Assembly: GCA_964469505.1 (NCBI GenBank)
Contig: CAYXZO010000002.1
Location: forward strand, 15,923 to 79,922
Direction of reading: 5' to 3'
Origin: an uncultured Lentisphaeria bacterium
Lineage (GTDB): Bacteria; Fidelibacterota; UBA8477; JABMPR01
Length of the DNA: 64,000 bases
Under the pieces are notes generated by a model, which had not been told where the DNA came from, did not search any database, and saw nothing but the letters and a program-made list of their open reading frames with translations. Both the position numbers and the translations under genes were made by a program. Shown here one piece after another: positions 41,363-51,752 of the stretch; position 1 is the stretch's first letter; every line of letters begins with the position of its first letter.

Positions 41363-42658
41363 ATGAAATCGTGGCAAATAAAGCGTTCCTTTCTGGTGGC
41401 CGTTTTAGCCTTGCAATGCATGGGCTTCGGCCAAGGTACCAATCAACCCCGCTCCCGGGAGGCAGTCTTAGTAGAAAGCACCGGACCGGCAGAAGTACTG
41501 GTGTTAGCTACTGGTATCGGGACCGCTAAGCCCAACTGGCTTGGTAGAGTGGACCAAAAGAAACTCACGGCTTCCGCTGAGCTAGATGCTCGCCGGGCCG
41601 CCGTTTGGTTTGTTCTCCTCGGCGGCAGCGACCCCATGCTCACCACCTCTCAAGAGAAAGAAGCTTTCGAAAAGATCGCTGAAGAGTTTTTCCGGGCCGA
41701 TAATATCCAACGCTATATCGCCTGGGAGGCCTCAGATTTCGAACAACGTCGCAAAATTGAAGGCGGTAAAAAGCTGCGGATCAAAAAAGCTTTTAAGATC
41801 AACAAGCGCATCATTCGGGAAGACCTGGTAAAACAGGGTGTGCTCAAGGCCCGAGAGGAAATAACCGATACCCTGGGTTTGCCTTTTTTGATGGTCATAC
41901 CCGAGGCTCCTAAAGGTAAGGCCCCCTTGGACCTCCTCAGCACGGATCCTAATCTGAAAAAAGCGGCGGAAGTTATTGAAAGCTACCTTACAGCTCGCCG
42001 GTATGATGTGGTAGTTCCCGAACAGGGAGCGGAGTTAGAAGAACTAACCTTAGCCGTGCAGGAACTGAAAGGCGAACCGGAAGACCCAGCGTATTTGCTG
42101 GCCTTAAGCATAGGTGCAGACATCTATTTGACTTACAATGTCCAAATATCCAGCCGCCGGATTGGTTCACGCACAGTTAAAAAAGCGGTGGTGGGGGTTC
42201 GGGCCTTCGAATCAACCACTGCCCGTTTATTGGGTACTGAGACGGGCTACTCCGTAGAACGGCCAACCATGGATGCCGTGGTCATCGAAGAAGCCGTAAA
42301 CGACGCCGTGGATAAAGTTTTAGCGCGCATCAATGCTTATTGGAAGGACGATCTACAGCAGGGTATCCGCTACAAACTAGTTATCCAAATATCCCAGGAA
42401 TTCGATCAAGACGAAGCGGAAGATATCATCTTTCAGCTGGAAGACCTACTGGGGGAAATTTCCAATAAAACTAAAGAAATAGCCCTCACGGATTATACCC
42501 TGGATATACTGGCCTGGTGTGCACCAGAAAAATATTCAAAGGCCACTTCCTTATACCGTGACTTGAAACGAGCGGTAAGACGGAAAATATCTGGGGTGCG
42601 TTTGGTACGCACCAGTTTGAATAAAAAACTATTATTACTCAAAATGACTCCGGCTTGA
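41363..42658 (+). CDS. Secreted hypothetical protein with LPP20/CsgG-like segments
   Basis: Signal peptide MKSWQIKRSFLVAVLALQCMGFG. The ATG at 41363 is preferred over the 41324 start. The segment VLVLATGIGTAKPN...ELDARRAAV resembles the LPP20 lipoprotein core. Confidence 0.5.
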   Translation: MKSWQIKRSFLVAVLALQCMGFGQGTNQPRSREAVLVESTGPAEVLVLATGIGTAKPNWLGRVDQKKLTASAELDARRAAVWFVLLGGSDPMLTTSQEKEAFEKIAEEFFRADNIQRYIAWEASDFEQRRKIEGGKKLRIKKAFKINKRIIREDLVKQGVLKAREEITDTLGLPFLMVIPEAPKGKAPLDLLSTDPNLKKAAEVIESYLTARRYDVVVPEQGAELEELTLAVQELKGEPEDPAYLLALSIGADIYLTYNVQISSRRIGSRTVKKAVVGVRAFESTTARLLGTETGYSVERPTMDAVVIEEAVNDAVDKVLARINAYWKDDLQQGIRYKLVIQISQEFDQDEAEDIIFQLEDLLGEISNKTKEIALTDYTLDILAWCAPEKYSKATSLYRDLKRAVRRKISGVRLVRTSLNKKLLLLKMTPA

Positions 42659-42668
42659 GGGTAGAAAG

Positions 42669-44048
42669 ATGAAACTCCGCTATTGGTTACCATATCTCTT
42701 ACTAGCGGGAGTGGTGGTCAGCTCCTGTGGTTCGGCGCCGGCGCCGAAAAGTGGTCAAAAGGCTCAGTGGTACCTTACGGGCAAACATCCCTCATATCCC
42801 ACTACGCTTTACTGGCTGGGAGTTGGGAGCGGTAGCAGCCTCTCTGCTGCCAAGGAAGACGCCATCGCTGACCTGGCCCGCCAGCTTAAGGTCAACATCA
42901 AAAGCGTCTCGCAACAAATGGTTCAGAGTTTCACCGTCGACGATCGGGAGTATTTCCGGGATGAACTCACCAAACGGACCCAGGCTCTGGTGGATCAAAC
43001 CATTGAAGGAGTGGAAGTGGCCGAGACGGAACATAAGGGTGATGAATTTTACGTGCTGGTGGTTTTGAATAAAAACCGTTATCTGAATAATCTCCGCAAT
43101 AAACTGGATGTCCAATACGACCACATTTCCAAACTTATGGAGCAAACCTCCCAGCTATTGAGTCAGGGACGACTAGTACCAGCAGTTAACAATCTGTTGG
43201 AAGCAGCAGAGCAGATTCCCGATCTATCTGCTCAACTGGCTTTTTACAATGCTCTATCTCCTATGCCTTACCTGGTTGAAGAGCAATATTCCGGCCCAGC
43301 CATCGTAGCCAAAGCCCGGGAACTCCTGGCCCAACTGCATTTGCGCGTGGAGGAAGGTGATCGACAAACGGCAGCTCCGGGTGCTATTCTGCCCAAACCT
43401 GTCGTCATTCAAGCCTATCTGGAACAAAAAGGCCGCGTCCTTCCCGTAGCCCAGTTGCCTCTAAAGGCTACCTATGAAAACGGAAAAACAGCTGGGAAAG
43501 CCGTCACAGGCGACGATGGTCGAGCCGTGTTTCATTTTACCGCAGTTCCCGGAATTGCAATCACCCGAGGTCAAATTCGCATTCGATTGAATCTCCTTCG
43601 CCTACCGGAAATTTTCGCTTCAACGGTGGAAAATCTGGAGCAGATCATAACCTACGAATTACAGAGACCTTCCCAGCCCCTGGCGGTGGAAGTCAAGGAT
43701 GCCGATGGCCTAGCTTTACCCAAACTCATGGTAGCAGTTAAAAGAGCTCTGACCAATGCCGGTTACACCGTAGCGCCTAATGCTCGATACCGCTTAACGG
43801 GTCAGGTGCGACTACAGGAACCGCGTCAACTGACCCTGGGGGGTCGCAAACGATATCAAGTGCAAGCTGTTATGGAATTACAGCTGGTGGGACCAGACGG
43901 AAGCCAATTAGGGTCGTTGGAAATTCGCCAGTCCGGCGTGGCCGGCGAGGTGGCTAAAGCCAAAGCAAAAGCCCTGGACAGTTTGGGACACTCCATCCCC
44001 AAGCGGAGATTAGTGCGCATGCTGGATGCGGGGCTTGGTTCTCCTTAG
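42669..44048 (+). CDS. Lipoprotein with an N-terminal LPP20-like domain and a long extension
   Basis: Lipobox VVSSC. LYWLGVGSGSSLSAAKEDAIADLARQLKVNIKSVS matches the LPP20 family core (xxxGxGxxxxxAkxxAxxxLaxqixvxvxs). Confidence 0.55.
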   Translation: MKLRYWLPYLLLAGVVVSSCGSAPAPKSGQKAQWYLTGKHPSYPTTLYWLGVGSGSSLSAAKEDAIADLARQLKVNIKSVSQQMVQSFTVDDREYFRDELTKRTQALVDQTIEGVEVAETEHKGDEFYVLVVLNKNRYLNNLRNKLDVQYDHISKLMEQTSQLLSQGRLVPAVNNLLEAAEQIPDLSAQLAFYNALSPMPYLVEEQYSGPAIVAKARELLAQLHLRVEEGDRQTAAPGAILPKPVVIQAYLEQKGRVLPVAQLPLKATYENGKTAGKAVTGDDGRAVFHFTAVPGIAITRGQIRIRLNLLRLPEIFASTVENLEQIITYELQRPSQPLAVEVKDADGLALPKLMVAVKRALTNAGYTVAPNARYRLTGQVRLQEPRQLTLGGRKRYQVQAVMELQLVGPDGSQLGSLEIRQSGVAGEVAKAKAKALDSLGHSIPKRRLVRMLDAGLGSP

Positions 44049-44148
44049 CCAGCGCTTCCAAGATGATCTTTTCAGGTCAGAGTGAGCTTATATCCGAAGC
44101 ACTTAAAATACCCCTGGCTCACCTAACTTTTTCCTGATTACAAACTGG

Positions 44149-45903
44149 ATGACTTGCTATACTTGCCGCGTGAACGGGAAGCTAATTACCGGCCAGATTA
44201 AATGTATTCTCCCTGGGGTACTTATACTCCTTCTTGTCTACTGTAGCAAACCCGAACCGTATGCGCCGGTGGCGGCTAAAGTGGGAGATCGTACCATTAC
44301 CACCATTGCCTTCCAGCGGGCCTATCTACCGGTCATCATGTATTCGGACAAATTCGACAGCCCCCAAACCAGGCGCGAGGTCCTTAACACTCTCATAGGC
44401 GATAAAATATTGGCACAGGAAGCGGAGCGTTGCCGTTTGGACACCTTCCGTGCGGTGCAGCGGCTTAAACGCCTGGCAGAGCAGAAAGCCCTGGCCCGGA
44501 AACTGTACCAGGAGTGGGTGGCTGATCAGGTGGGCCCAGTAACCGAAAAGGAACTACGGGAGGCATTCAGGCGGAGCAATGTCAAATTGCGGGTGCGTCA
44601 TCTCTTCGCCCGCACCAAACATGAAGCCGATTCCCTATTTCAATTATTGACTACAGGTCAGGCTACTTTCCAGGAATTGGCCCGTAATGTGTTCCGGGAT
44701 TCGGTATTGCGCTACAACGGCGGCGAATTGGGCTGGATCAGCTTCGGTGATCTGGATGAAACGCTGGAAGATACCTTGTATCACCTACCCCCCGGCCGAA
44801 TTTCTCATCCCACTAAAAGCATATATGGCTGGCACATTCTCCAGGTTGATGATGCCCAGAGACAGTTGATCGTCACCGAAGACGCTTTTCAGCAGGCCCG
44901 TAAGAACCTGCGTTATCGTATCCTGGAAAGGCGGGAATACGCGTTGGGGCGCAAGATAATCAACGATTTTATGAAGGCGCAACGGATACAATTCAACCGT
45001 CCTCTGGCCCGAAAAGTCTGGGCTGCCGTGCTCCAGCGTTTGCCGCGCCGCAAACAACCACTGAAACTTGGCTCACCGGAACTTACTCCCGGTGCTCTCA
45101 CCGACCTGCGTCAGGAACTACAGCCCCACTTGCGGGACACCCTGGTTACATTCAAGGACGGTGCTTGGACCGTAGCCCATTTCCTGAATCATCTGCCGGA
45201 AATGAAACCGCGCTGGTTATACCGTAATCTTTACGTGGGAACAGCCTATTTGATACGCGATGCAGCTTTAGCAAAGGAAGGCTACCGCCTGGGTTATGAT
45301 ACTGATCCGGCCGTTAAAGAAGAAGTTCAGGATCGCCTGGATCATTTTCTGGCACAACTTTACGTGGCTGCAGTGGCTGATACCCTCCGGTTCAACGAGG
45401 AGCTGGCCCGTCAGTATTATGAACGCGAAAAGTTCAAACGTTACCGGGGGCCGGACAGTTTGCGAATTGAAAGAATCTTTTTCAGCGACAGTGCCCAGGC
45501 CGTTCGGTTCTGTAACCTGGTCCGGCTGGGGCGCAAACCAGAAACCGAGGGCTTGAAACCTATAAAAGTAGAGGTTACGCCGTGGTTGGTGACTCCCAGC
45601 GGAAATGACTCTCTGGATTACCAGCGTGCCTTGCGCTCTAAAATAGACGTTCCTCTGGGGCCCTATAATTCTCCCACCGGTTGGAAAGTGATTTTTCTCC
45701 GTGTGAGAAAGCGTTGGAGTCGGCCTTTCGCCGAGGTTCGATCTAAAGTTTTTCAAGCCATGGAGCAGAATCGCCACCCTGTAGTACGGGGGATTTTGCT
45801 TGAGCGCTTGCGTCCCAAGTACCATCCGGAGATTACTATGGAAAATGTTAACGCCCTTTTCGCACCGGATTCGAATATAACAGAATTGCAAGGAGCCCAG
45901 TGA
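44149..45903 (+). CDS. SurA/PpiD-like periplasmic chaperone with a parvulin-type PPIase domain
   Basis: Parvulin domain VRHLFARTKHEADSLFQLL...GGELGWISFGDLDETLED...GWHILQVDD with flanking SurA-like chaperone regions. Signal or lipobox-like N-terminus. The start is uncertain. Confidence 0.7.
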   Translation: MTCYTCRVNGKLITGQIKCILPGVLILLLVYCSKPEPYAPVAAKVGDRTITTIAFQRAYLPVIMYSDKFDSPQTRREVLNTLIGDKILAQEAERCRLDTFRAVQRLKRLAEQKALARKLYQEWVADQVGPVTEKELREAFRRSNVKLRVRHLFARTKHEADSLFQLLTTGQATFQELARNVFRDSVLRYNGGELGWISFGDLDETLEDTLYHLPPGRISHPTKSIYGWHILQVDDAQRQLIVTEDAFQQARKNLRYRILERREYALGRKIINDFMKAQRIQFNRPLARKVWAAVLQRLPRRKQPLKLGSPELTPGALTDLRQELQPHLRDTLVTFKDGAWTVAHFLNHLPEMKPRWLYRNLYVGTAYLIRDAALAKEGYRLGYDTDPAVKEEVQDRLDHFLAQLYVAAVADTLRFNEELARQYYEREKFKRYRGPDSLRIERIFFSDSAQAVRFCNLVRLGRKPETEGLKPIKVEVTPWLVTPSGNDSLDYQRALRSKIDVPLGPYNSPTGWKVIFLRVRKRWSRPFAEVRSKVFQAMEQNRHPVVRGILLERLRPKYHPEITMENVNALFAPDSNITELQGAQ

Positions 45904-45904
45904 A

Positions 45905-47005
45905 ATGGCTTTAAGTTGTGGTATCGTTGGATTGCCGAACGTGGGAAAATCCACCCTGTTTAACGCATTGACTGCTGCTGAAATTCCTGCAGAAAATTAT
46001 CCGTTCTGCACCATTGAGCCCAACGTGGGGGTGGTCCCGGTCCCAGATGAACGGTTGGAGCGTTTAGCCGAAATCTACCACCCGGAGAAAGTGACCCCTG
46101 CCACGGTGCGTTTCGTGGATATTGCCGGTCTGGTGCGGGGGGCTAACAAGGGGGAAGGCTTGGGGAATCAGTTTTTAGCTCAAATCCGAGAAGTAACCCT
46201 AATTATTGAAACTGTCCGCTGTTTTGAGGACAAGAATGTAGCCCATGTGGAAGGTACGGTGAATCCCCGGCGGGATATGGAAACCATTACCGCCGAACTG
46301 GTTATTAAAGACCTCGACTCGGTGCAGAAACAGTTGGCTCCCTTGCAGAAACGTTATCGGTCCGGAGATCGCCAATTGGCCCGCAAAGTGGCCTTGTTGG
46401 AAAAGTTGATTCCGCACCTGGAAGAATTAAAACCAGCTCGAACCCTGCCGTTGCCTCCGGAGGAGCACGCTTTACTTAAAGAATTTTTCCTGCTCTCGGC
46501 TAAACCCATTCTCTATGTGGCCAATGTAGATGAAGAGGAAATTCAATCACCCGAACGAGGACCATTAGCTCGGGAAGTTTTCGAGTATGCCGCGGAAACA
46601 GGCGACGAGGCCTTGCGTTTATGTGCCCGTCTGGAAGCGGAAATGGCTCTACTACCGCGCGAAGAGCAGCTTGAGTTTTGCAAAGAATACAATTTGCCGG
46701 AACCCGGCCTTGATAAGCTGATTCACCGAGCTTACCATCTGCTGGGCTTACAATCATTCTATACAGGAGGGCCAAAGGAAGTTCGAGCCTGGTCTATCCG
46801 CCGGGGGACCACAGCCTGGGAAGCTGCCGGTGAGATCCACACCGATTTCCAGCGCGGCTTCATCAAAGCCGAGATTTACAAATACGATGACCTAATACGT
46901 TATGGAAGCGAAAAAGCTCTCCGAGAAAAAGGACTGGTTGCTCTGGAAGGGCGCGATTACGTTTTGCAGGAGGATGATGTGGTCTATTTTCATTTCAACG
47001 TGTAA
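45905..47005 (+). CDS. ychF: Ribosome-binding ATPase YchF (Obg family)
   Basis: G1 GIVGLPNVGKSTLFNALT, G3 DIAGLV, and the characteristic C-terminal TGS domain. Confidence 0.95.
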   Translation: MALSCGIVGLPNVGKSTLFNALTAAEIPAENYPFCTIEPNVGVVPVPDERLERLAEIYHPEKVTPATVRFVDIAGLVRGANKGEGLGNQFLAQIREVTLIIETVRCFEDKNVAHVEGTVNPRRDMETITAELVIKDLDSVQKQLAPLQKRYRSGDRQLARKVALLEKLIPHLEELKPARTLPLPPEEHALLKEFFLLSAKPILYVANVDEEEIQSPERGPLAREVFEYAAETGDEALRLCARLEAEMALLPREEQLEFCKEYNLPEPGLDKLIHRAYHLLGLQSFYTGGPKEVRAWSIRRGTTAWEAAGEIHTDFQRGFIKAEIYKYDDLIRYGSEKALREKGLVALEGRDYVLQEDDVVYFHFNV

Positions 47006-47036
47006 TCGGGAAAAATCAACGCTTCCACAAGCCCCC

Positions 47037-47402
47037 ATGATCTCCATTTTGAAGAAAAAAGGTATGGCGGTGGCAGCTCTAATGGGCATACCATTATTAG
47101 CAATCCTAGTTTTTAATAGCTGCTCGGAACCTGAACTTTACCAAGGACTTTACATCCAGGGTTTTGAAAAAACCTCTTTCAGAATGTGCGGAAGTGACGA
47201 GAGTTGGTGGGTGATTCCCGACAATGAGTTGGCTAATGCTTACCAAAGTTTGGGTGTAGCACCCTATACTGAAGTTTATGTCGAATTAAAAGGTGAGCGC
47301 AGTAACAAGGGTAGTTATGGTCATTTAGGGGCCTACCCCTATCAGCTTACAGTAAGGGAATTGGTCAAAATAGATACAATAGCTCCCTTCCCCTGTCGCT
47401 GA
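47037..47402 (+). CDS. Small lipoprotein, hypothetical
   Basis: The ATG at 47037 follows the ychF stop. Lipobox LVFNSC. The longer ORF from 46902 would overlap ychF. Confidence 0.5.
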   Translation: MISILKKKGMAVAALMGIPLLAILVFNSCSEPELYQGLYIQGFEKTSFRMCGSDESWWVIPDNELANAYQSLGVAPYTEVYVELKGERSNKGSYGHLGAYPYQLTVRELVKIDTIAPFPCR

Positions 47403-47407
47403 GTATT

Positions 47408-49276
47408 TTACGTTGAATCAATTTCACCAGGCCAGTGGCCGGAAGGAACGGTGCTACTTACCGGATGGCGTGGTAGAGTGAAAATAAAAGTTGCACCTTC
47501 CCCGGGAGAACTTCTGGCGGTGATAGTGCCTCCGTGACGTTCAATGATGCGTTTGACAATACTTAATCCCACCCCTGAACCAGGATAGTCGGCGGCGGCA
47601 TGCAAACGCTGAAAAGGTACGAAAAGTTTATCGGCATAATTCATATCAAACCCGCAGCCGTTGTCTTTCACCCAGAACTGAAATCCATCCTCGTTTTCAA
47701 CCACTCCGATCTCAATTACTGCCGGTTGTCGATCCTGAGTGTACTTGACAGCATTGCTGAGCAGATTACGCCAAACCTCCAACAACATCGAGTAATCGCC
47801 AGCCAAGCGGGGCAGTTCGGCAATACGCCAATTTACAAGGCGGCCACGAAGCTGCGGTTCTAATTCTTCCCTCGCGATACCTACCAATTCTTGCATGTCC
47901 AATTCGGTTATCTCAAGGGTTTTGTGCCCCAGTCTGGAAAGCTTTAGTAGCGCTCTAATTAAATTCATTGTACTTTTGGCAGCGAGTCGAATCCGATTTA
48001 TATAGTCTTGAGCTTCGGCTGAAAGCTTATCTGCATATTCTTCTTCAATAATACTGGCGAAACCTTCAATAGCTCTTAACGGTGCTTGTAGATCATGGGA
48101 TACTGAGTAGGTAAACGCTTCCAATTCTGCATTTCGTTCTTGAACAGACCTTTCAAGCTGAATGCTGTAGGCACTCAAGGCTTCATGTGCTTTACGCTGC
48201 TCGGTTATATCTTCGACGCTTACAAAAAAAACTTTGTGATCGTCAAGGGGGCGAAATCGCCAGCGCAACCAGCGCCTTCCTACCAAAGTGTCATGTGGAA
48301 AAACGTACGAGCTGATCTCCGTTTCCGGAGAGGATTGTAATTGATGCACTAGTTCATTGAAACACTGGGAATCCATCCCAAATTCTTCAACTGTAAGTCC
48401 AATGACCTCCTCAGGATCTCTGAGGAAAACGCGTTTTGAAGCCGGACTAACAGCAACAAAGCGATGATCAAGACCTACGACTCCCAGAACATTGGGGCTG
48501 AGTCGATAAAGGTTTCGCTCGCGCTCAGCAAGTTGCTGTACCCGCTTGCGTAGATCTATCACGTATGCTGCAATAACCATCGGAATCGCCCAGATGTGCA
48601 GATTATGTCGGATAGGGTTAAAAACATGTTTATGGACCTCGTGTTGCAACAAAGATATGACCATAAGGGCCTCGTCCATAAAAAGGAACATAAAGGCGGA
48701 CACGATAAGCCAGGAAATATATCTACCCCGTTTGCGGCAAATCAGGCAAGAAACCAATATTGTGCCGGTTATGATAGTGGCTATTGATCTGAAAAGGAGA
48801 TCTCCCCAAAAAACTCCGAAAGTGGCATCAGGATGACCTGCAAGATAGAGGGGCCAGGCTACTCCTGTCGCTATCCAGAGTACCGCATCGACTGCTAAGC
48901 CCACCAGAATAAAGCGGTTAACAAAATAAGCCTTCCCTTGCACAAGATTCAGAAAAGCCGCTCCCAGTAACACTTCCGAACCCAGAACCAAAGCATGCTC
49001 TACAGGAGGAAAAATTGGATGGGTATATTCCAACGGTATCCATCCTCTATAAGCGGTATAGTGGGAGAAAAGCATAATAGCCTCCCGCGCTATACCAACT
49101 ACCGCGCTGAGAAGTACCAAGCCATCCTTTCGATTGCGGTACGATCTCCATTCAGCTGCACTAACCCAGGCTAGAACCAGCCAAAAAAATAAGGCCAGAA
49201 TGAACCTAGTGATCTCCTCCTGAGGCTTATCGACCCCGCCCCCGATTTCGGATAGTATTTCTAGTAGAGGGTTCAT
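47408..49276 (-). CDS. Membrane sensor histidine kinase (polytopic N-terminal sensor, PAS, HisKA, HATPase)
   Basis: 6-7 N-terminal TM helices, a PAS domain, the H-box FTYSVSHDLQAPLRAI, and N/G boxes (NAVKYT, GSGVGLSIVK). No response-regulator gene is adjacent. Confidence 0.85.
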   Translation of the reverse strand: MNPLLEILSEIGGGVDKPQEEITRFILALFFWLVLAWVSAAEWRSYRNRKDGLVLLSAVVGIAREAIMLFSHYTAYRGWIPLEYTHPIFPPVEHALVLGSEVLLGAAFLNLVQGKAYFVNRFILVGLAVDAVLWIATGVAWPLYLAGHPDATFGVFWGDLLFRSIATIITGTILVSCLICRKRGRYISWLIVSAFMFLFMDEALMVISLLQHEVHKHVFNPIRHNLHIWAIPMVIAAYVIDLRKRVQQLAERERNLYRLSPNVLGVVGLDHRFVAVSPASKRVFLRDPEEVIGLTVEEFGMDSQCFNELVHQLQSSPETEISSYVFPHDTLVGRRWLRWRFRPLDDHKVFFVSVEDITEQRKAHEALSAYSIQLERSVQERNAELEAFTYSVSHDLQAPLRAIEGFASIIEEEYADKLSAEAQDYINRIRLAAKSTMNLIRALLKLSRLGHKTLEITELDMQELVGIAREELEPQLRGRLVNWRIAELPRLAGDYSMLLEVWRNLLSNAVKYTQDRQPAVIEIGVVENEDGFQFWVKDNGCGFDMNYADKLFVPFQRLHAAADYPGSGVGLSIVKRIIERHGGTITARSSPGEGATFIFTLPRHPVSSTVPSGHWPGEIDST

Positions 49277-49429
49277 GCTCTTTAGGGGGTATCTTAATCC
49301 CCACCATCCACTACGATTTTAAAATCGCTCCCAGAAAGAGCAAAATTTATGCCCTCAACGTCTTAATATGACTACGTTTTACAGGGAGGAAAATGTCCCC
49401 GGTTGCGGATACCAACCGGGGACTAAAAT

Positions 49430-50368
<939 letters not shown>

Positions 50369-50561
50369 TTACACCTCCTTTATTGTATGTGTTTTAGTCC
50401 GTATCTGTATAGCCGTCAATTTCTATGCCAACCACTCTCTTCCCTCCCCCAAAGAAGATATGTTTGTAGGTTTTTTATCGGAGAGAAATCCCCGCAAGCC
50501 AATAGCCTCCCTCCCTGCGTCTGCCTTGGCTTTTCTAGAAACCGCTTTAGATTAGCCTTCC

Positions 50562-51740
50562 ATGAAACGTGTCGTATTTGCAGAATGGATTCTACCTATC
50601 ACCCGTCCCGCGATTCATAATGGAGCTCTAATCATCGAAGATGATCAACTGCGGTTTATTGGCCCCCAGAAATCCTACCGCGGCTCGCAACGTATCGTGG
50701 AAGATCTCGGGCATGCTGTGGTTTTCCCAGCCTTGGTAAACACCGTCTACCATCCGGAATTGATCGTCGTCAACGAAGAACATTTGCCTAAAGGTTCTTT
50801 TCTCTCCTGGTGGCGGTTCGCCTGGCAACAGGCCCAAACCCTTTCAGCATCGGAATTAGAATCCCGGGTCCTGAGCGCAGTCAAGGGCTTCTATGACTCT
50901 GGAACGGCGGCTGTGGGGCTCAGAACTGTACATCTCGAGATTGCCGAGTTAATGAAACCGTCCGGGCTGTTTTTAGCTTTGTTCTATCTAATACACGGTT
51001 TCAGGTCCAGTGAAGCGGATTTGATCTGGAAAAAAACTCTCCAGTATTCAGAACAATTCTCTAACGAAACCACTTTGCATCACCACTTTGCCGGGGAATT
51101 GTTGTTTACTGTTTCCCCTCGCTTATTCATGCTACTCTCCAAACAAGAATGGCGTACCGCTTTGCCAATCGCCACCGGCCCGGAGGAAACGCTATTCCTG
51201 GAAAAGCGTCAGGGCCCCTTATATCAATTCCTTTTAAGTCGGGACGACATGGATTACCGCTGGAAGCCTACTACAAACAGTGTCGGTAAATATTACTCCA
51301 CTGCAGGTTATCCCGTATCCCACAATATCCTTTTCCAAACAATTCACATTACTGAGGAAGACCTGGATTGGCTGGCGGAACGGGAGCAAACCTTCTATTT
51401 CGCCCTCTCTCCCCGTTTCAATCGCAAGTGGGAGTTGGGGCTGCCTCCAGCGCGGCGCATTTTAGAGAAAGGCTTCACCCTTTGCCTGGGCACCTTCGCC
51501 GAACACACCGATATGCGCCGTGAGATGCAGTCCGCGGCGGCTGAATACGGTTTTTCTCCTCAAGAAGTCCTGACCATGGCCACCATCAATGGAGCCCGGG
51601 CCTTGGGATTCGACAAGCACCTGGGTTCGTTGGAACCTGGTAAGCAAGCCCGACTCTGTTTGGTAAAAGCCCCTAGCTCCATTGCCGATCCCTACGACAC
51701 CTTAATTTTCTCCAGTGAGAAATTCAAACATCTCAGCTAA
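50562..51740 (+). CDS. Amidohydrolase-superfamily protein (atypical N-terminal metal motif)
   Basis: An N-terminal ...NGALIIEDDQL... β-sandwich typical of the amidohydrolase fold and a C-terminal region ending in a distal aspartate. The first strand reads NTVYHPE where HxH is expected. Confidence 0.5.
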   Translation: MKRVVFAEWILPITRPAIHNGALIIEDDQLRFIGPQKSYRGSQRIVEDLGHAVVFPALVNTVYHPELIVVNEEHLPKGSFLSWWRFAWQQAQTLSASELESRVLSAVKGFYDSGTAAVGLRTVHLEIAELMKPSGLFLALFYLIHGFRSSEADLIWKKTLQYSEQFSNETTLHHHFAGELLFTVSPRLFMLLSKQEWRTALPIATGPEETLFLEKRQGPLYQFLLSRDDMDYRWKPTTNSVGKYYSTAGYPVSHNILFQTIHITEEDLDWLAEREQTFYFALSPRFNRKWELGLPPARRILEKGFTLCLGTFAEHTDMRREMQSAAAEYGFSPQEVLTMATINGARALGFDKHLGSLEPGKQARLCLVKAPSSIADPYDTLIFSSEKFKHLS

Positions 51741-51752
51741 TCTTTAAACCGA

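Noticed and set aside
46902-47036. Upstream extension of the small lipoprotein ORF
   Set aside because: It would overlap the ychF C-terminus. The first ATG after the ychF stop (47037) gives a normal signal peptide and lipobox.
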